Shown piece after piece: positions 1-10,959 of a stretch of 64,000 nt of DNA (position 1 is the first letter of the stretch; every line of letters starts with the position of its first letter). Under the pieces are notes generated by a model, which had not been told where the DNA came from, did no database searches, and saw nothing but the letters and a program-made list of their open reading frames with translations. Position numbers and translations under genes: made by a program. The DNA is from Squalus acanthias. Its lineage: Eukaryota. The stretch covers positions 18,478,001 through 18,542,000 of the forward strand of contig CM059433.1 of assembly GCA_030390025.1 (NCBI GenBank), written 5' to 3'.

Positions 1-310
1 AATGTAGGAAACTCAGCAGCCAATTTTCACACAGCAAGCTCCCAAAAAACAGCAATGTGATAATGACCAGATAATCTGTTTTAGTGACGTTGATTGAGGG
101 ATAAATATTGGCCAGGACACTGGGGTTAACTCCCCTGATCATCTTCGAAATAGTGCCATGGGATCTTTTACGTCCACCTGAGAGAGCAGACGGGGCCTCG
201 GGTTTAACATCTCATCCAAAAGACGGCACCTCCAACAAGTGCAGCACGCCCTCAGTACTGCACTGGAGTGTCAGCCTAGATTCTGTGCTCAAGTCCCTGG
301 AGTGGGACTT
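1..310 (-). mobile_element. DeuSINE-type SINE (SacSINE1/AmnSINE1-like), cut by the window edge
   Basis: Reverse complement contains the Deu-domain-like segment (GATGTTAAACCCGAGGCCCCGTCTGCTCTCTCAGGTGGACGTAAAAGATCCCATGGCACTATTTCGAAG); several related copies elsewhere in the window. Confidence 0.75.
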
Positions 311-1320
311 AGTGAAGGATTTAGGCACTTGATTGAAAAACAAAACCACAGGGGTGGTAATCTGACTAAGGAGCGGAAGATTAGCAAAGTAAACACAGCA
401 GGACTGGTGCAGGAGGGAAGGATTCACGTTCTTGAGACATTGAAATGAGTTCTGAAACAAGAGAAGGCTATACTTAAGGGACTGCCTTCACTTGAACTGA
501 AATGGAACCATTATCTTTGCAGAGAAAGTAAATGGGGCAGTGGGGGGAAGATTTAAACCAATATGGTAGCGGGAGTGGAAGCAGAAGACTGAGCTGAAAT
601 AAATTAGTGAGAAAATGCCATCAAAGGAGAAATGGAAGGAAAGAGGCTTTGAAGTAATGAGATAAAAACGCTTATAGAAGGGGCAAAGGTATCACAAAAT
701 TAAATGAAAAATTCAGGAAAAAGACTGGAATGAGGCTTGAGTGGTATGTATGTGAATGCACAAAACATTCGAAACAAAATTGGAGAGTTAGAAACATTAA
801 TAACTATGGAGGGATGTGATCTAGAATCTATAATGGAGAAGTGACAGGTTTGGGCAAGACTAGGAACTTAATATTCCTGGTTATAACATTTTCAGGAGAG
901 ATAGCAAGGGAAAAAAGGGTGTGCAGTGATACTGTTAGTAAAGGATTCTATCACAGCCATGGAACGTAAGGTTATTCTGGGGGTTGTGCTATCCACTATG
1001 TGTATATCATTATATTAAAAAAAAATAGGAAGGGAAATGGTACAATTCTCGGCATGCATTACAGACCACCAAATAATGGAGAGAGATGGAGGCAGAGATC
1101 TGCCGACGAGATATAAAATTACAACAGGGTAATAATATTGGGTAACTTTAACAATCCCAAGATAAACTGGAATGAGGTAATGCGTGTTGTCAGAGTGGGG
1201 AATTCAGAATGCATTCTGCAAAGCTTTTTAGATGAGTATGTTTCTAGTCCAACAAGTAAAGAAGCATTGCAGTTCTGGGCACCACACCTTAGGAAAGATA
1301 TGTTGGGTTGGAGAGAGGAC
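311..1320 (+). mobile_element. Degenerate CR1 LINE fragment (end of esterase ORF1, ORF1/ORF2 junction, endonuclease remnant)
   Basis: Broken frames resemble the intact CR1 at 10.4-14 kb (LKNKTTGVVI; YVNAQNIRNKIGELE; GNFNNPKINW; QFWAPHLRKD); junction heptamer TTTAAAC at 552-558. Confidence 0.7.
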
Positions 1321-1379
1321 AGATCCCTACGTTAATGCAGAATAAAGTAAACCATCAACTAAATTAGTATTGTGCAATA

Positions 1380-1740
1380 AAAACAGAAAATGCTGGAAAT
1401 ACTCAGCAGGTCAGGCAGCATCTGTAGAGAGTGAAATAGAGTTAACGTTTCAGGTCGATGACCTTTCGTCAGAACTGGAAAAAGTCTCTTAATCTCTCCT
1501 GCCTTCCATCCTATCACAGACCTTCCCTTTTGTTCTTTCCTCCCCTCCCCACTTTCCCTGCCCCTACACTTGCTTAAAAACCTGTTCCATCTCCAGCTTT
1601 TTCCAGTTCTGACGAAGGGCCATCGACCTGAACCGTTAACTCTGTTTCTCTCTCCACAGATGCTGCCTGACCTGCTGAGTATTTCCAGCATTTTCTGTTT
1701 TTATTTTCGATTTCCAGCATCCGCAGTATTTTGCTTATGT
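1380..1740. mobile_element. Penelope-like element remnant: inverted pseudo-LTR pair with 17-bp TSD
   Basis: Arms 1378-1484 and 1597-1703 are inverted copies; flanks ATTAGTATTGTGCAATA (1363-1379) and ATTAGTATTATGCAATA (1741-1757); each arm carries a hammerhead-like core. Confidence 0.7.
1440..1476 (-). ncRNA. Minimal type I hammerhead ribozyme motif
   Basis: Minus strand reads AGTT-CTGACGA-A-AGGTC-ATC-GACCT-GAAAC-GTT-AACT: stem I AGTT/AACT, CUGANGA core, stem II, GAAA core, palindromic stem III (AACGTT). Confidence 0.65.
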
Positions 1741-1752
1741 ATTAGTATTATG

Positions 1753-2225
1753 CAATATGTTACCAATAGCCACATGTGGCTAATTGGGAATCCATATGTG
1801 GCTAATTGCCACATCGTTTTTTGATTAGTGAATAAAAAAGGAGTAATCCAATTAAGTGTCCGATCACTTTCTGGATGGAGAGCAGGAACGGGTCTGGCCC
1901 GTCTTGTTGTGCGAGTCAACATTCTCGGCAATCGCTGATGAGGTCAAAGTATCGCTCACAACTGCTGGACAAAAACCTAGAAGCTGCACTAAGATGCGAC
2001 GTGTCTGATAAATTCATGCCAGAATTCCAAACTTTAATGAAAGAAAAAGACTGTAAAATTTGACACTGAATGGTGGTAGCTGTTTGTTAAGCAAATATAC
2101 ACATGAAGTACATTTACCCGTATTGTGTTCGAAACATTTTCTACTAAAATTAGTGCATGTGGCTAAAACGGTGCCTGCCGTAGCCTCACCTGTGGCTCGT
2201 CGGCGATTCCTATTGGACATCACTG
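1753..2225 (+). mobile_element. hAT-type DNA transposon deletion derivative
   Basis: Imperfect TIRs (CAATATGTTACCAATAG / CTATTGGACATCACTG), repeated GCCACATGTGGCT subterminal motifs, and peptide RSKYRSQLLDKNLEAALRC...PEFQTLMKEKDC resembling the hAT/GTF2IRD2-like C-terminal dimerisation region. Confidence 0.55.
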
Positions 2226-3779
2226 ATAGAACAATTTGAGAGAAAATTGGTTTAGTATAAATATAGTTTCAGTGGAAGGTCATATGATAGTAATTTGTTT
2301 TGAAGTGCACTGTACCTGTCAAGACTGTGCAATGTATGATTTACTGAAGTTTTCAAAGCAGAATTTCGGAGATGTATAACATAGGCAATAAGATTGCCAG
2401 TAAACAGACATGCCAAAATCCATACTGATGATCACAGATTAAGCCAGACCTTTTAAGGTAATGGGTAATTTGAGAGTTAATAGCAACTTCCATATAATTT
2501 TAGAAAATGCCGATATAAGGGCAATAATGGGGTAGCTTGAAGAGTTTGAGAGATTACCTTTCTCGGATATAGGATGAACAGTAAATTTCCAGGAAGGAAA
2601 GGCGGACTATGGGTAAGAGAGTGACGAGGTGGCCCAGGACAGAACTAAATTTGGGGACCTACATTTTCCAGATGATGGAAAGAGGTCTTGCTGGAGTTAA
2701 GGAACTCTAAAGACCTGGTGAGGATAAAAGTTAATGTTGTTCATAATGTTAGAAGAGCAAAATGGACCAATGGGGATTTCTTTCTTTTAATGAAGATCAC
2801 CCAAAATAGAGTTGGAGGAAAAAAAATCAACCAAATAGGTCACCTTTCTCTTTATACTATAAAAAGCATGCATTTAGCTGAGTATCTGTGAAATCTACTC
2901 CTGTCAGATATGAAATGATCCCAAGAGAACTGCTGTATTAAAGAGGAAGTAATTGTATCCTGAAATAATCAATAAGGCGCAGGACTACATCCAGCCATTC
3001 CTTTCAGTGTTTCCTATATTAGCTCATTCATGTCTCTGCATCTTGAATTTTTAAGTAAATGTTTGCAAAACCCATTCTAAGTTATTCTGCTTGCTTAATG
3101 CAGCAAGTTGGAACAATGCATCAATATGTATGCAACTTTTCACTAAAGCTGACCCAGCAATTGCATATACAAGTAATGGGGTACCATACAGAAAATAAAT
3201 AACGTTTAGGAATGTTTGAACAAAGGAGGATACCTGGGATGATCAGACGATGCTATAACCCAGGAGAATGAAATTAAAGCAGTTTATGCAAATCCAAATG
3301 CAGAGTGTGCGCTATCGATGGCTTTGGTTATACTCCGAAACATTATGGTTCCCAACATTCCTCATCTCAATAAAATTGTAGATGTGAGAAAAAAAGTAAT
3401 GGGATTTCAGGAGTAAACACCAACAGATGATTTGTCAGTGTTTAGTACTGCTCCAAATAAGTATCAGAAAAGCTATGAAAGACTGAGAAAGGGCAGTTTC
3501 TGTTTTGTTAAGGCTTTGTTGAAGATTATTAATGATGAAGCACTTCACAGAGTCAGGTCAAAGTGATATTTGACCTCGGGTCAGACTTGGAGTTAGTGAG
3601 CTTAATGAAGGGGAAGATTTTGAAGCATTACCACAGCAGTGAAAGATGTGAATAGCCCAAAGAGGTTTTCTGTCTAAGAGCATGTGTGTTATGCCATTGA
3701 TGGCTATCTCACTGAAGCGTGAGGAAAAAAGGGTGACTTGAAGCAGACAGCACAGAAGGTGCATGACTCACAGCAGGTA

Positions 3780-3965
3780 TAAGCTGAAGTACTGTAGCAA
3801 AGTCAGCTACCTGAACATGATGGAGAAGCAGTGTATGAAGAAACTTAGGCTCACATGTAAGGTTGCGACTGAGGTGTGCCATCTTGTCTATGAATACCTG
3901 CTAAGACAGTGAGCTATCGGCATTATCAGTGAAGGTCACCAGTACACACTCATTTATCCCACAAG
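3780..3965 (+). mobile_element. Highly decayed PIF/Harbinger transposase N-terminal remnant
   Basis: SYLNMMEKQCMKKLRLTCKVATEVCHL...SVKVT resembles HARBI1-like transposase N-termini (recalled similarity only). Confidence 0.4.
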
Positions 3966-5854
3966 GGACATCTCAAAAGTCAACCACTTTGACTTTTGGA
4001 CAACTGATGCTTTGTTTTCTACACAACAAAAGAAGGTGAGACTGCAAGATGTATTAAGTTGAAAGTAATTTGATTGCATTATGTAGTGCTAGCTGTATTT
4101 GTATTTAATGTAATTTGCTGCTGTGTTTCCCTCTCGTATTTCTCCTCCTTGATTATGCGCATGTCCTGCTATTATATTGCCGTAGTTGAGAGACTCTCAC
4201 TGGTGGATAGCTGCATAGCCTACAGGGGATACAGAAGGCCCACTATCTGCAAGTAACAGTCATGAACCTGCAGGTTCTCCGTTGCTGGGGTCACTGTTGG
4301 CTGGGGTTTTTTTGCCACTAACAATTGCATTCTCTCAGACCTCTGGTTTCAAAGCAATGCATTCTCATGATTTTGTTAGCAGGTCAACAATTCGTGAGGA
4401 AATATGCATTTCTTCCCTTTTTTTTAATGAAGGAACATGTTTGGTCCTTATATTGTAGTATGACTGCTTTGGTGTGGTTCGTTCAACCTTTTGAGAGCTT
4501 TGCAGTCTAGTTTTTCTCCACCAAAATTTATATTGGCAATCATCCTCCATTTATATCTGCCTTTATGGTTGAAGGCTTCTTTTTCCTGCAGTTCTGCCTC
4601 ACATAATAGGGAATGTTCAATAGTTTGGGGACACTTGATCAACTTTGCTTTAAGTGATGGGAAATAATTGCTTTGCTGAGAAGTGATACTTTACAAGTAT
4701 ACAGCATATGTTGCATCACTAAAATTCTCCAAACATTAAAACAATTGTAAAGAGTGCAGCATTTAGACAGAATGGTTGGGTAATAGCAGCAGACGGTGAT
4801 AGTCATCAGCTTGATATTTTCTAGCAATGGACCTCATGAATGATATGGATGTATGTACGAACTATGTCATTCTTCAGTTTGTACGAATAGAATATCATGT
4901 TTAGAAGGTTTTTCATCATAAATGTGATTTTTCGCCTTCCATTTTAAATAACTGATAAAGACAGAATTGACTTAGTTCCTAATTGATGCAGTGGTACAAA
5001 CATTAGAGACTGATTTCAAAGCAAGCTTAGTAATTAATGTAACTATATACGTGTGCAAATACCAATTAATTGGGATGCATTAGTCACATTCATTTTCATC
5101 CATGCCCACTTTCTGGCTGCTATAAGCACCACGTCTTCTCATTTGTGATCTTTTCCTGTATTTTGATTGCTATTTAGTTTTCTATATTTTGTCCAAATAT
5201 TCTTAGATAATTTTTAATGAAGACTTATAGTGGTTGTGTTTGTTCTCATTTTGTCAGTATATTTTGCTATAGGTAGATTGTGGTGCGCTAGCCATGCAAT
5301 CTGGCATAGCTCTAACTGCCTCAGAACAAAATACACCACCAAAGATTTTCTTCTGTTTAAGATAATTACCACTAATGCTGTGCAATTTTCAACTCATCAA
5401 ATTTGCACTTAGATGGACTTTCACATTGGTTACTGAGGAAGAATGCTCTGAGTTTATAATTTCATTAATACAGCCCTTTACAGCTGAGCTGAAAAACAAC
5501 TTTGTTTAAAGTTAAAATATTATGTTTTTCAACCAAGTGTATTGTTAGACTACACTGACCCAGTACATATGAAATTTGTTCTTGTAATACAAAGCTTGGA
5601 ATGAGAAAAGGCAGTTCAGTCTCTCTCTGTCTCGCTCATGCATGCTCTCTTCCTAACTCCCATGTGAATCAAGCAGATCTGTTAATAAGCTATCATACAC
5701 TATTGCCTTTCTCAACAGGTGTTGATCCAGTTTCTTTTTATAGGCATCAATTAACCCAGAATTGAGCACCATTTCTAGTTATTGTTGAAGTATTCTACTT
5801 TCATTTGAAATTTGAATGTATTTAACATCGCAAGTGTTCATTTTCTTCATGCAG

Positions 5855-6385
5855 GAAGGGGAATGGTGTCCTACCATGCACACTGTGGTCCAGTCAGATT
5901 TCTCACTATGGCCACAGCCACTGCCACAATGATGAACAAAAATCCATCACTTACAAGCCTGTCATCTCCACTAGAAGGGAAAGATGGAGAAAAGACTGGT
6001 CGTATTGGATCACAAACAGAATGCTCAAGCTCTCATATGCAACTAACAAAGACAGAGGGGTTTGGCTTGGAGACTCGTCAGTATCGTTGCACAACACAGC
6101 AGTCTATCTTCATCTACAGGATCTCTGACCTGCTCTCATCAATCCAGCTCACTGGAACATGGCCCTGAGGACAGCGCAATCTATGAGCTTTTGAATGACC
6201 CCAGTCTCTCAAGTAAAGGTAAAAACAGTGACAATGAAAGGACAAAGAAGATGAAGATGAGTTCTGTTTTGGTCATCTCTGGAGGTCAGGGACATAAACG
6301 ACTGAACAAGAAGTCCAAACAACAACGTCAAGATGAAACCATTTCCACTGTCATGATTTGGCAAATTCCATTGTTAAACATATGA
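5855..6385 (+). CDS. ARHGEF10: Rho guanine nucleotide exchange factor 10, terminal coding exon (two apparent 1-nt frameshifts near 6060 and 6077)
   Basis: Acceptor TTTTCTTCATGCAG ending 5854; peptides GRGMVSYHAH, WLGDS, SSSLEH..EDSAIYELL, GGQGHKR and TVMIWQIPLLNI* match the recalled ARHGEF10 C-terminus; upstream of KBTBD11 as in human. Confidence 0.92.
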
Positions 6386-7677
6386 GGAGTTAGTGTCTTT
6401 GTCAGTATCACTTCTTTTGGTATCTACAATCCTTTTTGGGATATATTTTGTAAGATAATGCGGGAAATGCGTAAACGTTCTTGCATATTTTGAACAACAT
6501 GTAGCTTCTTAATGCTCATAATATGTCAGTCTGCCAGCCCATCAATATTTGCATTGGTAATGTTCAACAGTTTGTAAGATCTAAATGTGTATTTAAAAAA
6601 AAAAAGGTTTCATTCCTATTTGAAAATGAGTAAGTTTCAATAGTTTGGTTATCAATGCAATCCTAAGGCACATTCCTCTAAGGTCTGCTTTGTTCTGGAG
6701 AAGTTGAACTTGTAGCTGGTATTTCCAAGATCTTCCTTCAGTGCCTGCTGTGAAAACTGAGCAGATTTCTCACTAAAGAACACATTTAGACTACTCCTTG
6801 GTTGAAAAATACTTGCGGGTCAATTTTTGTAACTCGGTGCTCTGGCCAGTGTGTCCCAGATGTGAATTTTCTGGGACCTTTAAATAAAACAAGAGAAATC
6901 TGAAACTACAAAATCACCTAACACTGCAGGAATAAGAAGATTGCTACTGCTTTTTGGTGGAAATTTCAAATGTTACAGATGGATTTGTTTTCCAGAATAA
7001 ATCAGATTACTGCAAGGATTATATTGCTGGGTAAACTACTGAAATTTATATGTTTGAAAAAGGGTTGTTAAAATTTGAAATATGCTCGTACAAGTTGAGC
7101 AGCTAATTGAACTTTTTTTTTAACAGCAATTATTTGTTTAAAGAGCCATATCTAATACTGCTTCTGACCAGTATAGTACTCTGTACTGTTATTTTGAAGG
7201 TAAGTTACATTACAGTTGTTGTACCAGTACATTTAATAGACAATTAATCATTAGCTGGAAAGGCCATTACTGACAGTAATTATATTTCCAGTTACCAACT
7301 TTTGCACAAACTATTACAAAATAATCATGTATATTTTACAATTTGTTTGAAGCTTTATTGATTTAAAAAATGTGGACAATATGCAAATTCTATTTCATGT
7401 GTCGCTGGGCAACCTTATAATCGTTTATTATCCAATGTGAATGGTACACTTTAATTGAAATAAAAGTGGATTCTTTGGGTATACCTGAACACCAGTGAAT
7501 TGAAAACTTTCCATTCCAGGTAGGGCAATTTTAGAACACCTTACAATAAATGTCTGAGTAATATAAATTGCCTCACAAACAACTTAATACATCAAACTTT
7601 CCATGGAAAACCTGTTAAATACCTGAGTCAAATTTAATTTTCTGGTTAAGTAATGTGAGGTTAAATTGTCACATGAA

Positions 7678-7840
7678 CAATAAAACCAATTCAAATGCTG
7701 GCAGTGCAAAGCAGATCAACCGGTATCTGAAAGAGTAAAGCTAACCCAGTTCTTATGGGCTATCAGATGCTGGCTGACCTGCTGTACATTTCCAGCATTT
7801 TGTTTCTATTTCAAATATCCAGCAGTCATGGTTTCCTTTT
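7678..7840. mobile_element. Degenerate Penelope-like inverted terminal remnant
   Basis: AAATGCTGG...AGCAG / CAGATGCTGGCTGACCTGCTG...TTTCCAGCATTT is similar to the 1380-1740 element. Confidence 0.5.
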
Positions 7841-9155
7841 TTACCTTTCACTGTATATCAGTGGTGTTTCTGACATGGTTTCATATTTGGTTTCAAATGC
7901 AAGTGGCATCCGCTTAGGACGTTGGCTCAGTGCTGTGATTACTCTGTTGTATCTAGTCTGTTGTATGACAATACAAAGTTAGGGTTAAGCCTGGTAAGCA
8001 TTCCTCTCAACTGTTCAAATTATATTAAAATTTCATCATGCACTCAATTTGCTTACATTCAAGTATTAAAGCACAATCTTGCACAATTGAATTTTATTTA
8101 TTAGTCTGTTCTGTTTTAGTGCATCAGCATTATTCAGTGATATTTCACAAAATTATATTGCGGTTTTAATAATGCTTGGTGTTACATTTGCTGCCAGCGT
8201 CGCCTGTTGCAATGCAGCTTGTGGTTACAGTGCGCGGTGCAGTGTCTGGTTCTTGGAGCTGGTTCTGATGTGATGTTCAGACTTGCCCAGCCTAAAAGCT
8301 AGATAGATATTGTACTGTTTACCTACTGGAAGTAGGGAGCACTAAGGAAGTACTTTTTTCTTTTCAAATTGAGTAATCAGCTACTTAGTTGTACAACGGC
8401 CTCTCTGATTTTGGAAATTGAATCTGAACAGGCGTAGCTATTGCAAGTTGATTTTTTTTTTTGTTCACATCATCAAACTTAACCATCTTCAAACCAAGCA
8501 CCTGATAAATCCATGCCCATAGAGTTTGTTTGGCCAATATGTTGTGTGCACTCTCTCCCTGTAGGGAGACACCCCACTTAGGTACAGAGAGCTTTAGGCA
8601 CAGATGGGAAAGTTCTTAGATCTCCAAATGTTTACAGAAGTACTGCTGGAGTTTAGCTAGCTAAAATCATGTTGTTTACCCATCAGTGGTAGAATGCTCA
8701 TTGCTTGTTCAGTCAAGACTACCTTGTCCAATAAGGCATTAGCTTGCAGGGTTATTTGGAGCCGAGTGGGAAGACTCTGAGGCGCCATTGACAGATTTAT
8801 CCCTCTAGGCCACATTAATAAGACAGACAGGCTGATCAATCATCAGCAGTGCCCTGGAGTACTGCAGACCTGTCTGGCACAGATATCGAATTATTGAATG
8901 TGGACTTTTGACCCGGTTCCAATCTCCCACCCGCATGCGTGTCATCTCAACTCTGAAGAGATCCCACTTACCTATCTCCTGCCACCCCCACAACATCACC
9001 ATCAAGGAGAATAGTCACTAGTTGGTCATTAGACAATATGAGGTAAAATAGACACAACTTCTGTGTCATTATACTACAAGTACCAATTTACACTGAGGCA
9101 GGACTGACAGACCTGAGTTACATTGTTTATTCCTATGTCGCTCTGCTCTATATTC

Positions 9156-9180
9156 GTGTGTGTGTGTGTGTGTGTGTGTG
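9156..9180. repeat. (GT)n microsatellite
   Basis: Direct reading of the sequence. Confidence 0.95.
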
Positions 9181-10407
9181 CATATATGCAAATCTCCACT
9201 TATACAGGCATCCAAAAGCTGACGGAGTTTTAATGTTATCAGATACCCAACTCTGCTATCGGCTCTTCACTAGCATTAACAAGTTTTTTTTTAATTGCCC
9301 AGTTGGCCCTTTGTATCCAGCAGCAGTCAGCTTAAAGCTGCAGATTTGTAAAACTACATCCTGGAGGGGATCTTGCACTGCTTTGCCAAATTGGATTCAA
9401 ATAACTTGGCACCCAAATTTTACATTAATTCCAAGTGGTTTTAACTTTGCATTGATGTAAATGATATGGTATAATGAGCCCATGTAACAAGGACTGAGAG
9501 AATTCTGAAACTTTCTTCAAAATAGAGCAAGTTATGTAGTATCCTGTATTGTTTGAAACATTGAGTTACACAGTCACCCACATATATCTATGTTTATACA
9601 TGATGAACGTCTATCATACCATCTGTTGTATGCAGATATCGTTAGATTGCTGCAGGACTCGTATAAAGAATGGGTATAATGTGGTACTTTAAATTTGCTA
9701 AGGTAATTATTTTGTTTCAGGAAAAATTCTGAATAGTCAGAATTAAACATTATATTTTATGATCAAACAATATATCTTTGCACTTACCGGTGTGGTTTAT
9801 TCAATAATCATTGCCTGGAAATGGCTTTATTCAACAATTAATACTGCAACACTATTCAGTGGTGCTGAAGTTCATTTTGGCATAGACAGCATAAACTATC
9901 AAGAACGCAGCAGAAAATCTTTCTCCACAAACACCACTACCAAAGATTGAAGGTATGTAGGGCATCTTATTTATAAGACTTTTAATTTTTTGTATAGTTT
10001 TTGTTAACCAGAAAATGTTTTGATTGTCTTTTAACATTAGTTTCATAACTTTATCTCTGCAACAAGAGTGAAAGGCTTTTGAATTATTTCAACCAAAAAC
10101 CATAGCCTGGGTACAGTCAATTGGAAGTGTGCACCTGACCAGGGAAGAGGCCTAACGACTGAATATTACATCTCATTCACCAGGTTGTTATTTCAAATAA
10201 ATTTGAAGTCAAAAATTGCAAGATGGCAAACTTTCTGAAAAGGACTATTACAGGCTGGATTTCCTGCCCATTGATTATGAATGGGAATTAGATCTAGCCG
10301 TATCCTTCATGATGTACTATTAACAGAAAATCTTGTCTGAACTCTAATGTACTGCAAAGTAATTTACCTTAGAGCTGCTACTTTTATTTGCGCAACCTAG
10401 ATCAACC

Positions 10408-10959
10408 ATGACTGGCTCTGTTGCAAAGAAGGGAGGGAAAAAGAGTGGCAGGGCTATAGTAATAGGGGATTCGATTGTAAGGGGAATAGATAGGAGTTTC
10501 TGTGGTCGCGACCGAGACTCCAGGATGGTAATTTGCCTCCCTGGTGCAAGGGTCAAGGATGTCTCGGCGCGGGTGCAGAACATTCTGGAGGGGGAGGGGG
10601 AACAGCCAGTTGTCGTGATACATGTTGGTACCAACGACGTAGCTAAAAAAAGGGAAGAGGTCCTACAAGTAGAATTTAGGGAGTTAGGAGCCAAGCTAAA
10701 AAGTAGGACCTCGAAGGTAGTAATCTCTGGATTACTACCAGTGCCACGTGCTAGTAAGAGTACAGAGAACAGGATAGTTAGGCTAAATACGTGGCTTGAG
10801 CAGTGGTGTAAGAGGGAGGGTTTTAAATTTTTGAGGCATTGGGACCAGTTTTGTGGTAGGTGTGACCTATACAAAAGGGACGGTCTACACCTGTGCAAAG
10901 ATGGAACTGATGTTCTCGGGGTAAATTTTGATAAAGCAGTTCGGGAGCATTTAAACTAG
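10408..10959 (+). CDS. CR1 ORF1 C-terminal SGNH esterase domain (N-terminus lost by 5' truncation)
   Basis: SGNH blocks VIGDS, PGA, HVGTND and DGLHL; ends ...HLN* on TTTAAACTAG. Confidence 0.88.
   Translation: MTGSVAKKGGKKSGRAIVIGDSIVRGIDRSFCGRDRDSRMVICLPGARVKDVSARVQNILEGEGEQPVVVIHVGTNDVAKKREEVLQVEFRELGAKLKSRTSKVVISGLLPVPRASKSTENRIVRLNTWLEQWCKREGFKFLRHWDQFCGRCDLYKRDGLHLCKDGTDVLGVNFDKAVREHLN

Noticed and set aside
1359..1824. Similar short ORFs on opposite strands
   Set aside because: Artifact of the inverted repeat
2380..3560. Possible further ARHGEF10 exon or LINE remnant
   Set aside because: No recognisable ARHGEF10 peptide with splice sites; too decayed to classify
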